A stretch of DNA of 62,319 nt, filler included, from Hausera hauseri (lineage: Eukaryota), in NCBI GenBank assembly GCA_046269625.1. It is 9 parts of 9 records of this genome, joined end to end, with 100 filler letters (N's around TTAATTAATTAA, not from the genome) between each part and the next. Parts side by side here need not be neighbours in the genome. Positions count along the whole stretch, not along the records: positions 10,501 to 14,753 come from JBJURY010674662.1; positions 14,854 to 20,360 come from JBJURY010239517.1; positions 20,461 to 24,598 come from JBJURY010739432.1; 6 more parts are not named here. One strand, written 5' to 3'. A program made the translations under genes and the position numbers. Positions 11,246 to 23,565 of this stretch are shown here, piece after piece. The notes beneath the pieces were generated by a model, which did no database searches, had not been told where the DNA came from, and saw only the letters and a program-made list of their open reading frames with translations. The first letter of the stretch is position 1. Each line of letters begins with the position of its first letter.

Positions 11246-12287
11246 TTAGTTTGTCGAAGGTTTTGGAGAAAAAGAAGAAGAGGAAGAAAAGCGAGGAGAT
11301 TTATTGTTGTAATGTTTACAACCAGTCACACATGATCTAGCCTGTGACTGGAACTTATTGTTGTAGACACAAATAGGGTTATCCACAGCGTACCGTTCGC
11401 TGTAGAACCGACAACCCAAAAAACATTTCCTAGCATCCGTTAGAAATCGAGTGTGATAGAAGCAAGTCATGCGTCCGCCAGGTGAATTGGATCCAGCAGA
11501 GTGTCTCGAAATGCTTCTCTCCTTTGAAGGCCTGGTTTCACTTCATCGAGGCCCATTAAGATTATTTAGTTGGGTAGTAATGGCCAAAATCGACTGCTAT
11601 AACTCGTCAAATTGTTGGTGCATCATTTGCAATTGTTGTGAAAATAAAGTGTTATCTGTGTGTGATGGTGTGTGAGCGGTTGCTGCAGCTACTGGTTATG
11701 AACTATTAGATTGCAAAATGTCAAAACTTTTGTCTGCCAATAAGGCGAGCTTTTCAAGGGCCGTTGAGTCGTCTACTACAGTGAGCAGCGCTCTAATGGA
11801 GGATGGCAAGGATAAAAAAAATACCGACTAAGAAGATCGGCATTGTTTATAGGAATGACACCTAAGGAACTCAGTTGAGAGATTGCAGTTTTAAGGAAAT
11901 CCGATGGTTTTTGATTTCCTATGGCATGTTCATTGAAGTATTTCTGAATTATGCTGTCAGTGGAAGGGTCGGTAATGTGCAGAACTGATTGATAAAGCAT
12001 ATCACATGGATTTGAAGAGGTTAGTATGTCGGCCAGATTATTGATTTGCTGCTTGATATTAGCTGGAAGTAGTATCAGCAAACTGTTCGCCCACAAGAAG
12101 GAATCTGTGATATGATTGGCTTTAAGCCATTGCAAATGGAATTGTAACCAGGCACGACTTGAATTCGTTTTGTCGAGAAAAAGTCTGTGCAAAGGAGATT
12201 TGCAGATGTAGTTGGTGTGGGGCCTGCGGGACGACGACCATATCTGGTCTTATTAGGTTTTTTTACATAAGAAGGATCGGGGTCCGA
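11246..12287 (-). pseudogene. gag: CsRN1-like gag with two tandem CHCC (C-X2-H-X9-C-X3-C) motifs
   Basis: AWLQF, IGNQKPSDFL, CFYHTRFLTDARKCFLGC and CVYNNKFQSQARSCVTGC. Confidence 0.85.
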
Positions 12288-12494
12288 TACACTCCGTAAG
12301 CGAAAATGAAGTAAGGTGGATAATTATGGAGGAAAATGCAGAAAGTTGGTCATTGACATTAAGTATAGAACCATGATATGAGAGATAAAAGTCTGGTGAG
12401 TTGAGGTGGGAGGATAGATGTGCGTGAAGGTGATGAGGTATACTTGTGGGGCGCATGGAAGGTATGGAGGTGTATTATTAAAGAAGATAAACAA
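12288..12494 (-). pseudogene. Ubiquitin-like domain immediately N-terminal to gag (two frameshifts, one stop)
   Basis: Joined frames give LFIFFNNTPPYLPMRPTSIPHHLHAHLSSHLNSPDFYLSYHGSILNVNDQLSAFPP*LSTLLHFRLRSV, matching the ubiquitin pattern (IFV..., L.F.GK.L.D..TL, STLHLVLRLRGG). Confidence 0.55.
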
Positions 12495-14671
12495 GGGTAA
12501 GGGACGCGGCGCAGCGTGGGCAATCACGCTCAATTGCACACCCAATTCATCGATAGCTCTTTCATTGATAGCTCTGTCTTGATCCGAGCTATCATAGATC
12601 TGAGATGACACATGGCACTCATGTGAAGTACCATCTTTGTTTAGCATTATAAATGAACAAATGCCGATACGTAAATGTGTCGTAATTTAATAAAGGTGAC
12701 TCGGGCAATCCTTCTTGATCTTCATGATTGTTGTATTTGAATGGATCAACAAGTATGTTTGATTTGGTGAATGACTTAGCCACACATATCTCAATCCCCG
12801 TGTCGATATCTGTTTCTTTGAATAAAGCGTACAAAGTTTTATGGGAAAAGAATATATTTGTTGGGATTTCTACAGGTGATAAAATATCAATTACCAAAAT
12901 GCTTTTACAAGAAGCTTTAGTGGAAGACAGAAAGTCGATGACATAAGCTAAAATTCTACGGCGTCCCTTTTGTTTGATTATTGGCAAGGTTTTAAAAAAT
13001 AGATTCTGCAGGAACCATTCGTAATCAGTTTTGTCGTTGAAAAATTGGTCGTCACCAGACGTTGCCGAGAGTGAGTCTCCGACGTCATGAGCGAAAGACA
13101 TAGTGATAATGATAGAATTTTAAAAAATAGAATATTCTTCAAATTTATAAATAGCGCTCGCTTATTTTCAAAATAATCATACATAGTACCTGTATAGATA
13201 TATCCTAAACTGTCTTTGAATCGGGAGATGGAAATCGACGATATACAATTTTTAGTATCATACTTTAAGTTACCAATGCAGTCAAGTAAAACAAAACTGT
13301 TACTGTATGCCTTTTGTAATGTCTGACTACTAAAACTAAGCTTTTGCAGTGTTTCTATGAATCTGCTGACAACGGACGAATGACCACAGTTCGTAGAAAA
13401 TACTTTATAATCATCAGCTGAAACAAATTGTTTCTGAATGGCTTGATGCATTAAACTCGTGAGAACGATCAGTGTTTTGATGTTAACTTGATGGATGGCA
13501 GGTTGATTGGACGGTTTAAATCTTCACAATTTTCTGTAATAATGTCCTAATTAAGTTCTCGCAAAACATGATGGATAAGCAATTTTGTAATGAAAATTTA
13601 AACAAGACCTGTGACACAAGAATTGACGACGCATCACTTTTAATGATATTATGATTGTCATTCATACTTTTATCACTTAGGCGGTGGGTGATGTATTTAA
13701 TTCTCCAAAATATTGATTCTAAGAGCATTTCATCGAATTCCATCATGTGCGACAAACTGTTGAGAAAATTTTGACAATTAAGATACTTTGAAAAATTACG
13801 AAAGAAAATTACCAGTTGCTGCTTATTCAAAATGCTAGTGCATCTACTATGTTTTGTTTCGCGGTTTTGATCAACGAATTTTGGCGACAAAGTGTTAATA
13901 CTCTGCCAATAATTGCGGTTTATGTGTCCGGGAATTGAACTTCGAGACGATCGAGAAACAGCTCCATCGTCGGGTGAATATGAAAGAGAAGATGCATTGA
14001 TTGTAATTATTGACAATGGAGATAGATTTTTAGACACTATGCGAGAATGAGATTCGTCAACATTAGCAGTAGTCATTAACGGCATTGGTAATGAATTTGT
14101 TCTTTTCGGCGACAATGTTTCAACAGGATAATTAATATCAATTAAATTGTTACTTTTATTAACAGAAATAATTGTTGCAGTTTCCTTGTCCTGTCTTTGT
14201 TTTGAAGTAGTAATAAACCTACTCGACCCATTTTGTTTAGTTTGAGACAACGGTTCATAGATAATAAGATAAAAAACTGAACGGATATTTCATCAGTTTT
14301 GGTCAGATGAGATTCACTGGTAATTTGCACCTTAATATTTTCAACCGGCCGATACATTGGTTGCTGATACGACTTCAGCCTCTGTACGACACTTATGTCT
14401 CACTGATTCTGCACTTTGCGATTGTGTTTTCTGAATGCTATGATAAATCCGTCCTTTTTCATAGTCGGATACGATTGTTATGAGATTCTATGTTGATTGT
14501 TTTAGACGACGGTCTAACACTACTGGGCCTGATGTTTGACATACTAAATTTATCATTACTGTGAATATTAGGCAGTGACTTTAATTTGGAGTTAGACCGA
14601 ACAGTGGTTTCATTAATTTCGCATTTGATATCAACGACCATGTTGGTTCTTGACCATTGATGCATGCTCAT
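12495..14671 (-). pseudogene. Long decayed, apparently intronless ORF of unknown function upstream of Ubl-gag
   Basis: Chain of same-strand overlapping or abutting ORFs (14459-14671, 14142-14357, 13516-14250, 12978-13451, 12619-13101, 12324-12647), Ser/Thr-rich at the N-terminus and globular-looking at the C-terminus. Confidence 0.5.
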
Positions 14672-14853
14672 TTGGTAGTTCTTTCAAGTATTAGAATATT
14701 TGTATTCAAATTACAATCAAAAACATTGGTGCCATTTATTGGCCAAATATTATNNNNNNNNNNNNNNNNNNNNNNNNNNNNNNNNNNNNNNNNNNNNTTA
14801 ATTAATTAANNNNNNNNNNNNNNNNNNNNNNNNNNNNNNNNNNNNNNNNNNNN

Positions 14854-17800
14854 TAGCTCATTCCGCTAAGTCCAAATATGCAGGTGTCCGGAACTGGGTC
14901 ACTCTAAAATTTTTCGTCCTAACTCATTCCGCTAAGTCCAAATAATCAGGTGTCCAGGAACTGAGTCATTCTAAATTTTTTCGTCCTAACTCATTTCGCT
15001 ATGTCCAAATAGACAGGTGTGTGGAATTGAGTCAGTCTAAAGTTTTTTTCGACCCAACTCATTCCGCTGAGTCCAAATATGTAGGTGTCCGGCATTGGGT
15101 CTGTCTGAAATTTTTTTCGACCCAACTCATTCCGCTAAGTCCAAATATGCAGGTGTCCAGGAACTGGGTCACTCTAAATTTTTTCGTCTTAACTCATTCC
15201 GCTAAGTCCAAATATACAGGTGTGCGGAATTGTGTCAGTCTAAAATTATTTTCGACACAACTCATTCCGCTGAGTCCAAATATGTAGGTGTCCGGAACTG
15301 TGTCAGTCTAAAATTTTTGTCGACCCAACTCATACCGCTAAGTCGGAATATGCATGTGTCCAGTAAATGGGTCGGGCCACAAATTTTTCGTCCTAGCTCA
15401 TTCCGCTAAGTCCAAATATGCAGGTGTCCGGAACTGGGTCACTCTAAAATTTTTCGTCCTAACTCATTCCCCTATGTCCAAATATGCAGGTGTCCAGGAA
15501 CTGAGTCACTCTAAATTTTTTCGTTCTAACTCATTCCGTTGAGTCCAAATATGTAGGTGTCCAGGAACTGAGTCACTCTAAATTTTTTCGTCTTAACTCA
15601 TTCCGCTGAGTCCAAATATGTAGGTGTCCAGAAACTGAGTCACTCTAAATTTTTTCGTCTTAACTCGTTCCGCTGAGTCCAAATATGTAGGTGTCCGGCA
15701 CTGGGTCAGTCCAAAAGTATTTCGACCCAAATCATTCCGCTAAGACCAAATATGCAGGTGTCCAGGAACTGGGTCACTCTAAATTTTTTCGTCCTAACTC
15801 ATTCCGCTAAGTCCAAATATACAGATGTGCAGAATTGGGTCAGACTAAAATTTTTAGACCCATCTCATTCCGCTGAGTACAAATATGTAGGTGTCCGGAA
15901 ATGGGTCACTCTAAAATTTTTTTCTTCCCAACTCATTCCGCTAAGTCGGAGTATGCATGTGTCCAGTAAAGGAATGAGGCCAAAAATTTTTTCGTCCTAG
16001 CTCATTCCGCTAAGTCCAAATATGCAGGTGTCCGGAACTGTGTCACCCTAAAATTTTTTGCGACCCAACTCACTCCTCTGAGTCCATATATGCAGGTGTC
16101 CGGAACTATGTCAGTCTCAAATTTTTTTCGTCCAAACTCACTCCTCTGAGTCCAAATATGCAAGTGTCCAGAAAATGGGTCACTCTAAATTTTTTCGTCT
16201 TAACTCATTCCGCTGAGTCCAAATATGTGGGTGTCCAGGAACTGAGTCACTCTAAATTTTTTCGTCTTAACTCATTCCGCTAAGTCCAAATATACAGGTG
16301 TGCGGAATTGGGTCAGTCTAAAATTTTTTTCGACCCAACTCATTCCGCTGAGTCCAAATATGTAGGTGTCCGGAACTGGGTCTGTCTGAAATTTTTTTCG
16401 ACCCAACTCATTCCCCTAAGTCCAAATATGTAGGTGTCAGGCACTGGGTCAGTCTAAAATTTTTCGACCCAACTCATTCCGCTAAGTTCGAATATTGAGG
16501 TGTGCAGGAACTGTGTCATCTAAAATTTTTTTTGATTCAAATCACTTCCTTGAGTCCAAATAAGCAGGTGTCCCAAACTGGGTCAGTCTAAAATTTTTCG
16601 AACAAATTCTTTCCGCTGAGTCCAAATATGCAGGTTTCCGGAACTGGGTCAGTCTAAAATTTTTTTCGACCCAACTCATTCCGCTAAGTCGGAATATGCA
16701 TGTGTCCAGTAAATGGGTCGGGCCAAAAATTTTTTCGTCCTAGCTCATTCCGCTAAGTCCAAATATGCAGGTGTCCGGAACTGGGTCACTCTAAATTTTT
16801 CGTTCTAACTCATTCCGCTAAGTCCAAATATGCAGGCGTCCAGGAACTGACTCAGTCTAAATTTTTTCGTCCTAACTCATTTCGCTAAGTCCAAATATAC
16901 AGGTGTGTGGAATTGGGTCAGTCTAAAGTTTTTTTCGTCCCAACTCATTCCTCTGAGTCCAAATATGTAGGCGTCCGGAACTGGGTCTGTCTGAAATTTT
17001 TTTCGACCCAACTCATTCCGCTAAGTCCAAATATGCAGGTGTCCGGAACTGGGTCACTCTAAAAATTTTTTCTACCAAACTCACTCCTCTGAGTCTAAAT
17101 ATGCAGGTCTCCAGGAACTGGGTCACTCTAAATTTTTTCGTCTTAACTCATTTCGCTGAGTCCAAATATACAGATGTGCAGAATTGGGTCAGTCTAAAAT
17201 TTTTAGACCCAACTCATTTTGCTGAGTCCAAATATGCATGTGTCGAGGAACTGGGCTGCTCTAAATTTTTTCGCCCCAACTCATTGCCCTAAATCCAAAT
17301 CTGCAGGTGTCCGTAACTGGGTCTCTCTGAAATTTTTTTCGGCCCAACTCATTCCGCTGAGTCCAAATATGCATGTGTCGAGGAACTGGGCCGCTCTAAA
17401 TTTTTTCGCCCCAACTCATTGCCCTACATCCAAATCTGCAGGTGTCCGTAACTGGGTCTGTCAGAAATTTTTTCGACCCAAGTCATTCCGATAAATCCAA
17501 ATTAGCAGGTGTCCAGGAACTGGGTCAGTCTAAAATTTTTTTCGAGCCAACTCATTCCGCTAAGTCCAAATATACAGGTGTCCAGAAATGGATCAGTCCA
17601 AAAATTTTTTTCGTCCCAACTCATTCCCCTAAGTTTAAATATGTAGGTGTCCGACACTGTGTCAAACCAAAAGTAATTGGACCCAAATCATTCCGCTAAG
17701 ACAAAATATGCAGGTGTCCAGGAACTGGGTCACTCTAAATTTTTTCGTCCTAATTAATTCCGATATGTCCAAATATACAGGTGTGCGGAATTGTGACAGT

Positions 17801-20360
17801 CTAAAGTTTTTTTCGACACAACTCATTCCGCTGAGTTTAAATATGCAGGTTTCCGGAACTGGGTCACTCTAAAATTTTTTTCAACCCAACTCACTCCTCT
17901 GAGTCAAAATATGCACGTGTCAGTAACTGGGTCAGCTCCAAATTTTTTTCGATCCAACTCACTTCGGTGAGTCCAAATATGCAGGTGTCCGGAAATCGGT
18001 CAGTCTAAAATTTTTTCTACCCACCTCATTCCGCTAAGTCTAAATATGCAGCTGACCGAAACTGGGTCAGTCTAAAATTTTTTCCAACAAATTAATTCCG
18101 CTGAGTCCAAATGTGCAGGAGTACGGAAATGGGTCAGAATTAAATTTTTTTCGACCCAACTCATTCCCCTAAGTCTAAGTATGTAGGTGTCCGAAACTGT
18201 GTCAGTCCAAAAGTATTTCGACCCAAATCATTTCGCTAAGACCAAATATGCAGGTGTCCAGGAACTGGGTAACTCTAAAATTTTTGGTCCTAACTTATTC
18301 CGCTAAGTCCAAATATACAGATGTGCGGAATTGGGTCAGTCTAAAATTTTTTTCGACCCAACTCATTCCGCTAAGACAAAATATGCAGGTGTCCAGGAAC
18401 TGGGTCACTCTAAATTTTTTCGTTCTAACTCATTTCGCTAAGTCCAAATACACAGGTGTGCGGAATTGGGACAGTCTAAAGTTTTTTTCGACACAACTCA
18501 TTCCGCTGAGTTTAAATATGCAGGTTTCCGAAACTGGGTCACTCTAAAATTTTTTTCGACCCAACTCACTCCTCTGAGTGCAAATATGCAGGTGTCCAGA
18601 AATAGGTCAGTCTAAAATTTTTTGGACCCAACTCATTCCGCTAAGTCCAAATATGCAAGAGTCCGGAACTGGGTCACTCTAAAATTTTTTTCGACCCAAC
18701 TCGCTTTTCTGAGTCCAAATATGCAGGTGTCCGGAACTATGTCAGTCTCAAATTTTTAGACCCAACTCCCTCCCCTTAGTCCAAATATGCAAGTGTCCAC
18801 AAATAGGTCAGTCTAAATTTTTTTGGACCCAACTCATTCCGCTAAGTTCGAATATGCAGGTGTGCAGAAACTGTGTCATCTAAAATTTTTTTCGACCCAA
18901 CTCACTCCCCTGAGTCCAAATATGCCGGTGTCCCAAACTGGGTCAGTCTAAAATTTTTTGAACAAATTCTTTCCGCTTAATCCAAATATAAAGGTGTCCC
19001 GGAACTGGGTCAGTCTAAAAATTTTTCTACCCAACTCATTCCGCTGAGTGCAAAGGCGCCGGTGTCCCAAACTGGGTCAGTGTAAAATTTTTCGAACAAA
19101 TTCTTTCCGCTAGGTCCAAATATGTAAGTGTCCCGGAACTGGGACCGTCTAAAATGTTATTGGACCAAACTCACTCTTCTGAGTCAAAATATGCAGGTAT
19201 CCGGAACTGGGTCAGCGCAAAATATTTTTCGATCCAACTCATTTCGGTGAGTTTAAATATACACGTGTCCGGAAATCGGTCAGTCTAAAATTTTTTCGAC
19301 CCACCTCATTCCGCTAAGTCCAAATATGCAGGTGTCGGAAAGTGGGTGAGTATAAAATTTTTTCCTAAAACTCATTGCGCTGAGTCCAAATGTGCAGGAG
19401 TCCGGAAATGGGTCTGTCTAAAATTTTGTCCACCCAACACATTCCGATAAGTCCAAATATGCAAGTGTCCGGGAACTGGGTAACTCTAAATTTTTTCGTC
19501 CTAACTCATTCCGCTAAGTCCAAATATACAGGTGTGCGGAATTGGGTCAGTCTAAAATTTTTTTCGACCCAACTCATTCCGCTGAGTCGGAATATGCAAG
19601 TGTCCAGTAAATGGGTCGGGCCAAAAATTTTTTCGTTCTGGCTCATTCTGCTAAGTCCAAATATGTATGTGTCCGGAACTGGGTTTGTCTGAAATTTTTT
19701 TCGACCCAAGTCATTCCGATAAGTCCTAATTAGCAGGTGTCCAGGAACTGGGTCAGTCTAAAATTTTTTTCGTCCCAACTCATTCCCTTAAGTGCAAATA
19801 TGTAGGTGTCCGGCACTGTGTGAAACCAAAAGTAATTGGACCCGAATCATTCCGCTAAGACAAAATATGCAGGTGTCCAGGAACTGGGCAACTCTAAATT
19901 TTTTCGTCCTAACTCATTCCGCTAAGTCCAAATATACAGATGTGCGGAATTGGGACAGTCTAAAGTTTTTTTCGACCCAACTCGCTCCTCTGAGTCCAAA
20001 TATGCAGGTGTCCGGAACTATGTCAGTCTAAAATTTTTAGACCCAACTCCTCCTCTGAGTTCAAATATGCAAGTGTCCAGAAATAGGTCAGTTTAAAATT
20101 TTTTGGACCCAACTTATTCCGCTAAGTTCGAATATGCAGGTGTGCAGGAACTGTGTCATTTAAAATTTTTTTTGACCCAACTCACTCCCTTGAGTCCAAA
20201 TAAGCAGGTGTCCCAAACTGGGTCAGTCTAAAATTTTTGTCGACCCAACTCATTCCGCTAAGGCGGAATATGCATGTGTCCAATAAATGGGTCGGGCCAA
20301 AAATTTTTTCGTCCTAGCTCATTCCGCTAAGTCCAAATATGCAGGTGTCCGGAACTGGGT
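14854..20360. repeat. Tandem satellite, 66-68-bp monomer (about 80 copies), consensus approximately CTCATTCCGCTAAGTCCAAATATGCAGGTGTCCGGAACTGGGTCAGTCTAAAATTTTTTTCGACCCAA
   Basis: ctcatt recurs at 14857, 14923, 14990, 15058, 15126 and onward through the whole contig. Confidence 0.97.
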
Positions 20361-22119
20361 NNNNNNNNNNNNNNNNNNNNNNNNNNNNNNNNNNNNNNNN
20401 NNNNTTAATTAATTAANNNNNNNNNNNNNNNNNNNNNNNNNNNNNNNNNNNNNNNNNNNNTGTGATTAAAATTATGCATTTATCGTCTATGAACCCAGTT
20501 TAAATGACAATATTCTAAATAGAAAAATGTGTGAAAAAATTTTTATTGACAATTCTAACAATCCAGTTGTTGTTGAACTTTGTCTAGAGAAAAGAAAAAT
20601 GACTGCTAGACAAAGTATTACGTCATTTATATTCACAATTTGAGTACTAACTCAAAATTTTTAACCAAATTGTTCAGTGCCGAAAAGAATTCAAACCCAA
20701 AAAATTTGGCCACACAAAATAAAAATTAAAGAAGTTAATACGAATTTAGTTGAGCCGTTCATTTGTGTATCGAAATGACATTTTTTAAATCATTTTTACG
20801 ATTTTGGGGAGTGCAGGCAAGTGCCGATATTGGCGTGTAGTATAATTCATATTTAGCCCAAGAAGTTAACTAATTGTTTGGTCGGTGCAACGATTGAATT
20901 AAAAATGACTTACTTTTGGTTTCACAATAACAAAACAACTTTCATTTTCCATGTTGAATTTACATTTACGATTTTTATACACCGTGTGGATATTCAGTGT
21001 TGTTTTTTATCAGAAAATTTGTTGGCGCTTTCAGAATATAAATATTGGATACGAATGAGTTATTTAATCGACAGACGCCATTTGGATTATACGTGCAAAG
21101 GTTATTTAGATGGGAGGGATGTTTTGTTTTGGATGTCAGGTTATTCGACTGCCGATGGTCGAATCTGGAAGCTGAAGGTGTGTTGTACTTTACAAATATT
21201 GAACATGATTAATCACATTAAACTTCATTTAAATAACTACTCAAATTTCAGTTAGTTATAAACATTTTTCAAAAATTTTAATGTCTAAAATTATACGAGT
21301 AATCCTCCGTTTCTTGACATAATAATACTCAATGTAACTACAATTCTAAGTAAGTACCGAAGAAGGAAACTAGAACTACGAGAACATAAAAGATTTGCTA
21401 CCGATATTCAAGAATTTTCACGATTCAGAGAACGATGTATTGTCATATAGAAGACTCAAATATAGTGATTGAGATTGTTAAATATATACACAATTTTTAA
21501 AACACACGAATTTTTAAAGTTATTCACAATTGTCATCGATCATTCTTACACCTCCTTTATCCTACAGTTTACAATGGATCTACGAAAATAGAGAGGCCAA
21601 GCCGATTCTTTCAAAAAATCGAGCAGCATATCAGAAACATTAAATCAAAGCGTTTATAGTATCTCGAAGCAGCTATGATTCCCAACTGTTTCAAGAAATA
21701 CAGTATTTCGGACAGATCGTTCACAATTATTTATATAGAAACAGGATCGTATTATTGTCTAATTGATCTGATCAATATTTCTTCAAAAAATTCAGAGATA
21801 TCAATCTATGTTACGCATGGAAAAGTACAGTTGGTATCGAGGGCTAAAAATCAAAAAGCACCGAGCGATACATTGGATATCGAAGAACACACCGTGCTAT
21901 CTCTTTCAAGTCAGTTTTTACGATTTAACTTTATAATCGCACGGTATTTGTCGAAAAAAGGTTGGTTAAAAATGTTTCCGGCCCTCGCAAACTTAGATCT
22001 AAATTTTTTATCTTCAAGCCACTTTTTATGGTTTTGATTTCATTTAAAAGCCCGCTTTCTTGCGCTTATTTTGATATACCATTATTATTATTATTGATAT
22101 TCTGTTATTATTCATGTAT

Positions 22120-22534
22120 AGTTGTTTAGAATGGAATTAACTGGACATGAATGCGTTAGAAAGCGCCGAAAAGATCAATGAAGCCTATGGGAAGAGAACA
22201 ATTAGCCTATCTACATATAAGGAAGGCTTTGCCAAGTTTCGAAACGGCGACGAAACATTGGAAGATCAGACATGCTCAAGTCGTCCGATAAAGTGTGATG
22301 ATGGAGATTTGCAAGCCGAATTGGAGACTGAACCTTCGTCAGTCACGCACGATTTGGCAGCAAAACTTGGCGTCTCAAACGTGACTGCCTGGAATCATTT
22401 GAAGCAACTTGATTTTGTACACAAAAAGCCCTAACAAGATCCACACGAACTTACCCAAGCTCAAGCTGCCAAGGGAGTTGAAATTTGCCCTTAGTTGCTC
22501 AACAGTCCATTGAATGATCGGTTTTGGAAGCGCT
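22120..22534 (+). mobile_element. Mariner (Mos1-like) transposase N-terminal fragment
   Basis: INEAYG...FAKFRNGDETLED..SSRP (HTH), second HTH LAAKLGVS..TAWNHL, DPHEL (WVPHEL variant), EIC..LLN..LNDRFWKR; cut off before the DD34D domain. Confidence 0.9.
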
Positions 22535-23565
22535 GGAAGATTAAACGTAAGTGCTCGGAGTGTTGTTTTGAGGAAGATGATGTAATTAGGATATCATCGA
22601 TATAGGGATAAGCAAAGTCTAAACCTGAGAGGACTGTATTAATATGCCTTTCGAAGGTTTGGGAAGCGCTACGGAGTCCAAAAGACATGAAAAGGTATTC
22701 GAAAAGGCCAAAATGTGTAATGGCAGCTTTTTTCGGAATGTCTGCTAGGGCCACCGGGATGTGGTGGTATGCTTTGTGCAAATCAATGCAGGAAAAATGG
22801 TCGAACTATGGAATCTGTGAAGGATATCGTTGATTAATGGTAGAGCGTAGGTATCCCTTATTGTTATGACGTTTAGTTAGCGATAATCACCGCATTGGCA
22901 AAAGGTACCATCTTTTTTGAAACCACATGCAGTGGTGAAGACCACGGGGATTTGGATCTTCTGATTATTCCTGATTTTTCCAGTTAGAGAAACTCAGCCT
23001 CCACTGCCTATCTGCGGCGAGGCGATAGCGGGCGGACCTTTTTCCGTATTTGTCTTTGATATGCTGTTACTATGTGATGGAAAGTGGATTTAGGTGGTAC
23101 GAAAGATTTGTCCTTTTGCAACAGACGTGTGCAGGAAGACGAAATATATTGCTGTAGGTCAGAGGGCAACGATGAAAAGTTTTCAGATGTTGTCGATGCA
23201 TCCTGACTGCATGCAGTTGAGGTATGAGTTGTAGACGAGGTGTTGTGGCTAAATGGTATTACGTGCAGGATGTTCGTGTCAAAGATGGTTTTGGTAGCTG
23301 TACTATCAGTAATAGGTGCCACGCAGTTGGCAGTATCGTATTTTTTGCCGTAATAAAAATTTCTACATAATGAACGATTATAAAAGTAAGTCAAATCGGA
23401 GGTCGTTTTCTTTAGTATTGATTTGCTAAAAACGATCGCCCAAGTAGTCACCGAAATGCTGCTAATTTGATTAAAGTTATTTCCGCTGCTTAAGAAACAT
23501 CGTTTGCAGTTTACAAGTAAATTATAGTGGGACAGAAAGTCTGAACCCAATATAGGTATGGTGCC
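22532..23565 (-). mobile_element. pol: CsRN1-like Gypsy pol fragment (end of protease, spacer, RT up to YIDD)
   Basis: PILGSDFLSHYNLLVNC, HHIVT, SKSPWSSPLHVV, CGDYR, FGLFEYLFMSFGL, PYIDDILI. Confidence 0.9.

Noticed and set aside
3844-14753. One continuous gag-PR-RT-IN element spanning contigs 1 and 2
   Set aside because: The parts are separated by an artificial linker, and the gag/PR in contig 2 is CsRN1-like, matching the RTs at 22.5 kb and 48 kb rather than the pol in contig 1
14854-20360. CRISPR-like regular array or repeat-protein gene
   Set aside because: There are no unique spacers, the whole monomer is repeated, monomer length varies (66-68) and breaks frames, no cas genes are present, and the context is eukaryotic
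20878-22037. Plus-strand ORFs and possible exons in contig 4
   Set aside because: I could not build a consistent spliced frame or recognise any family
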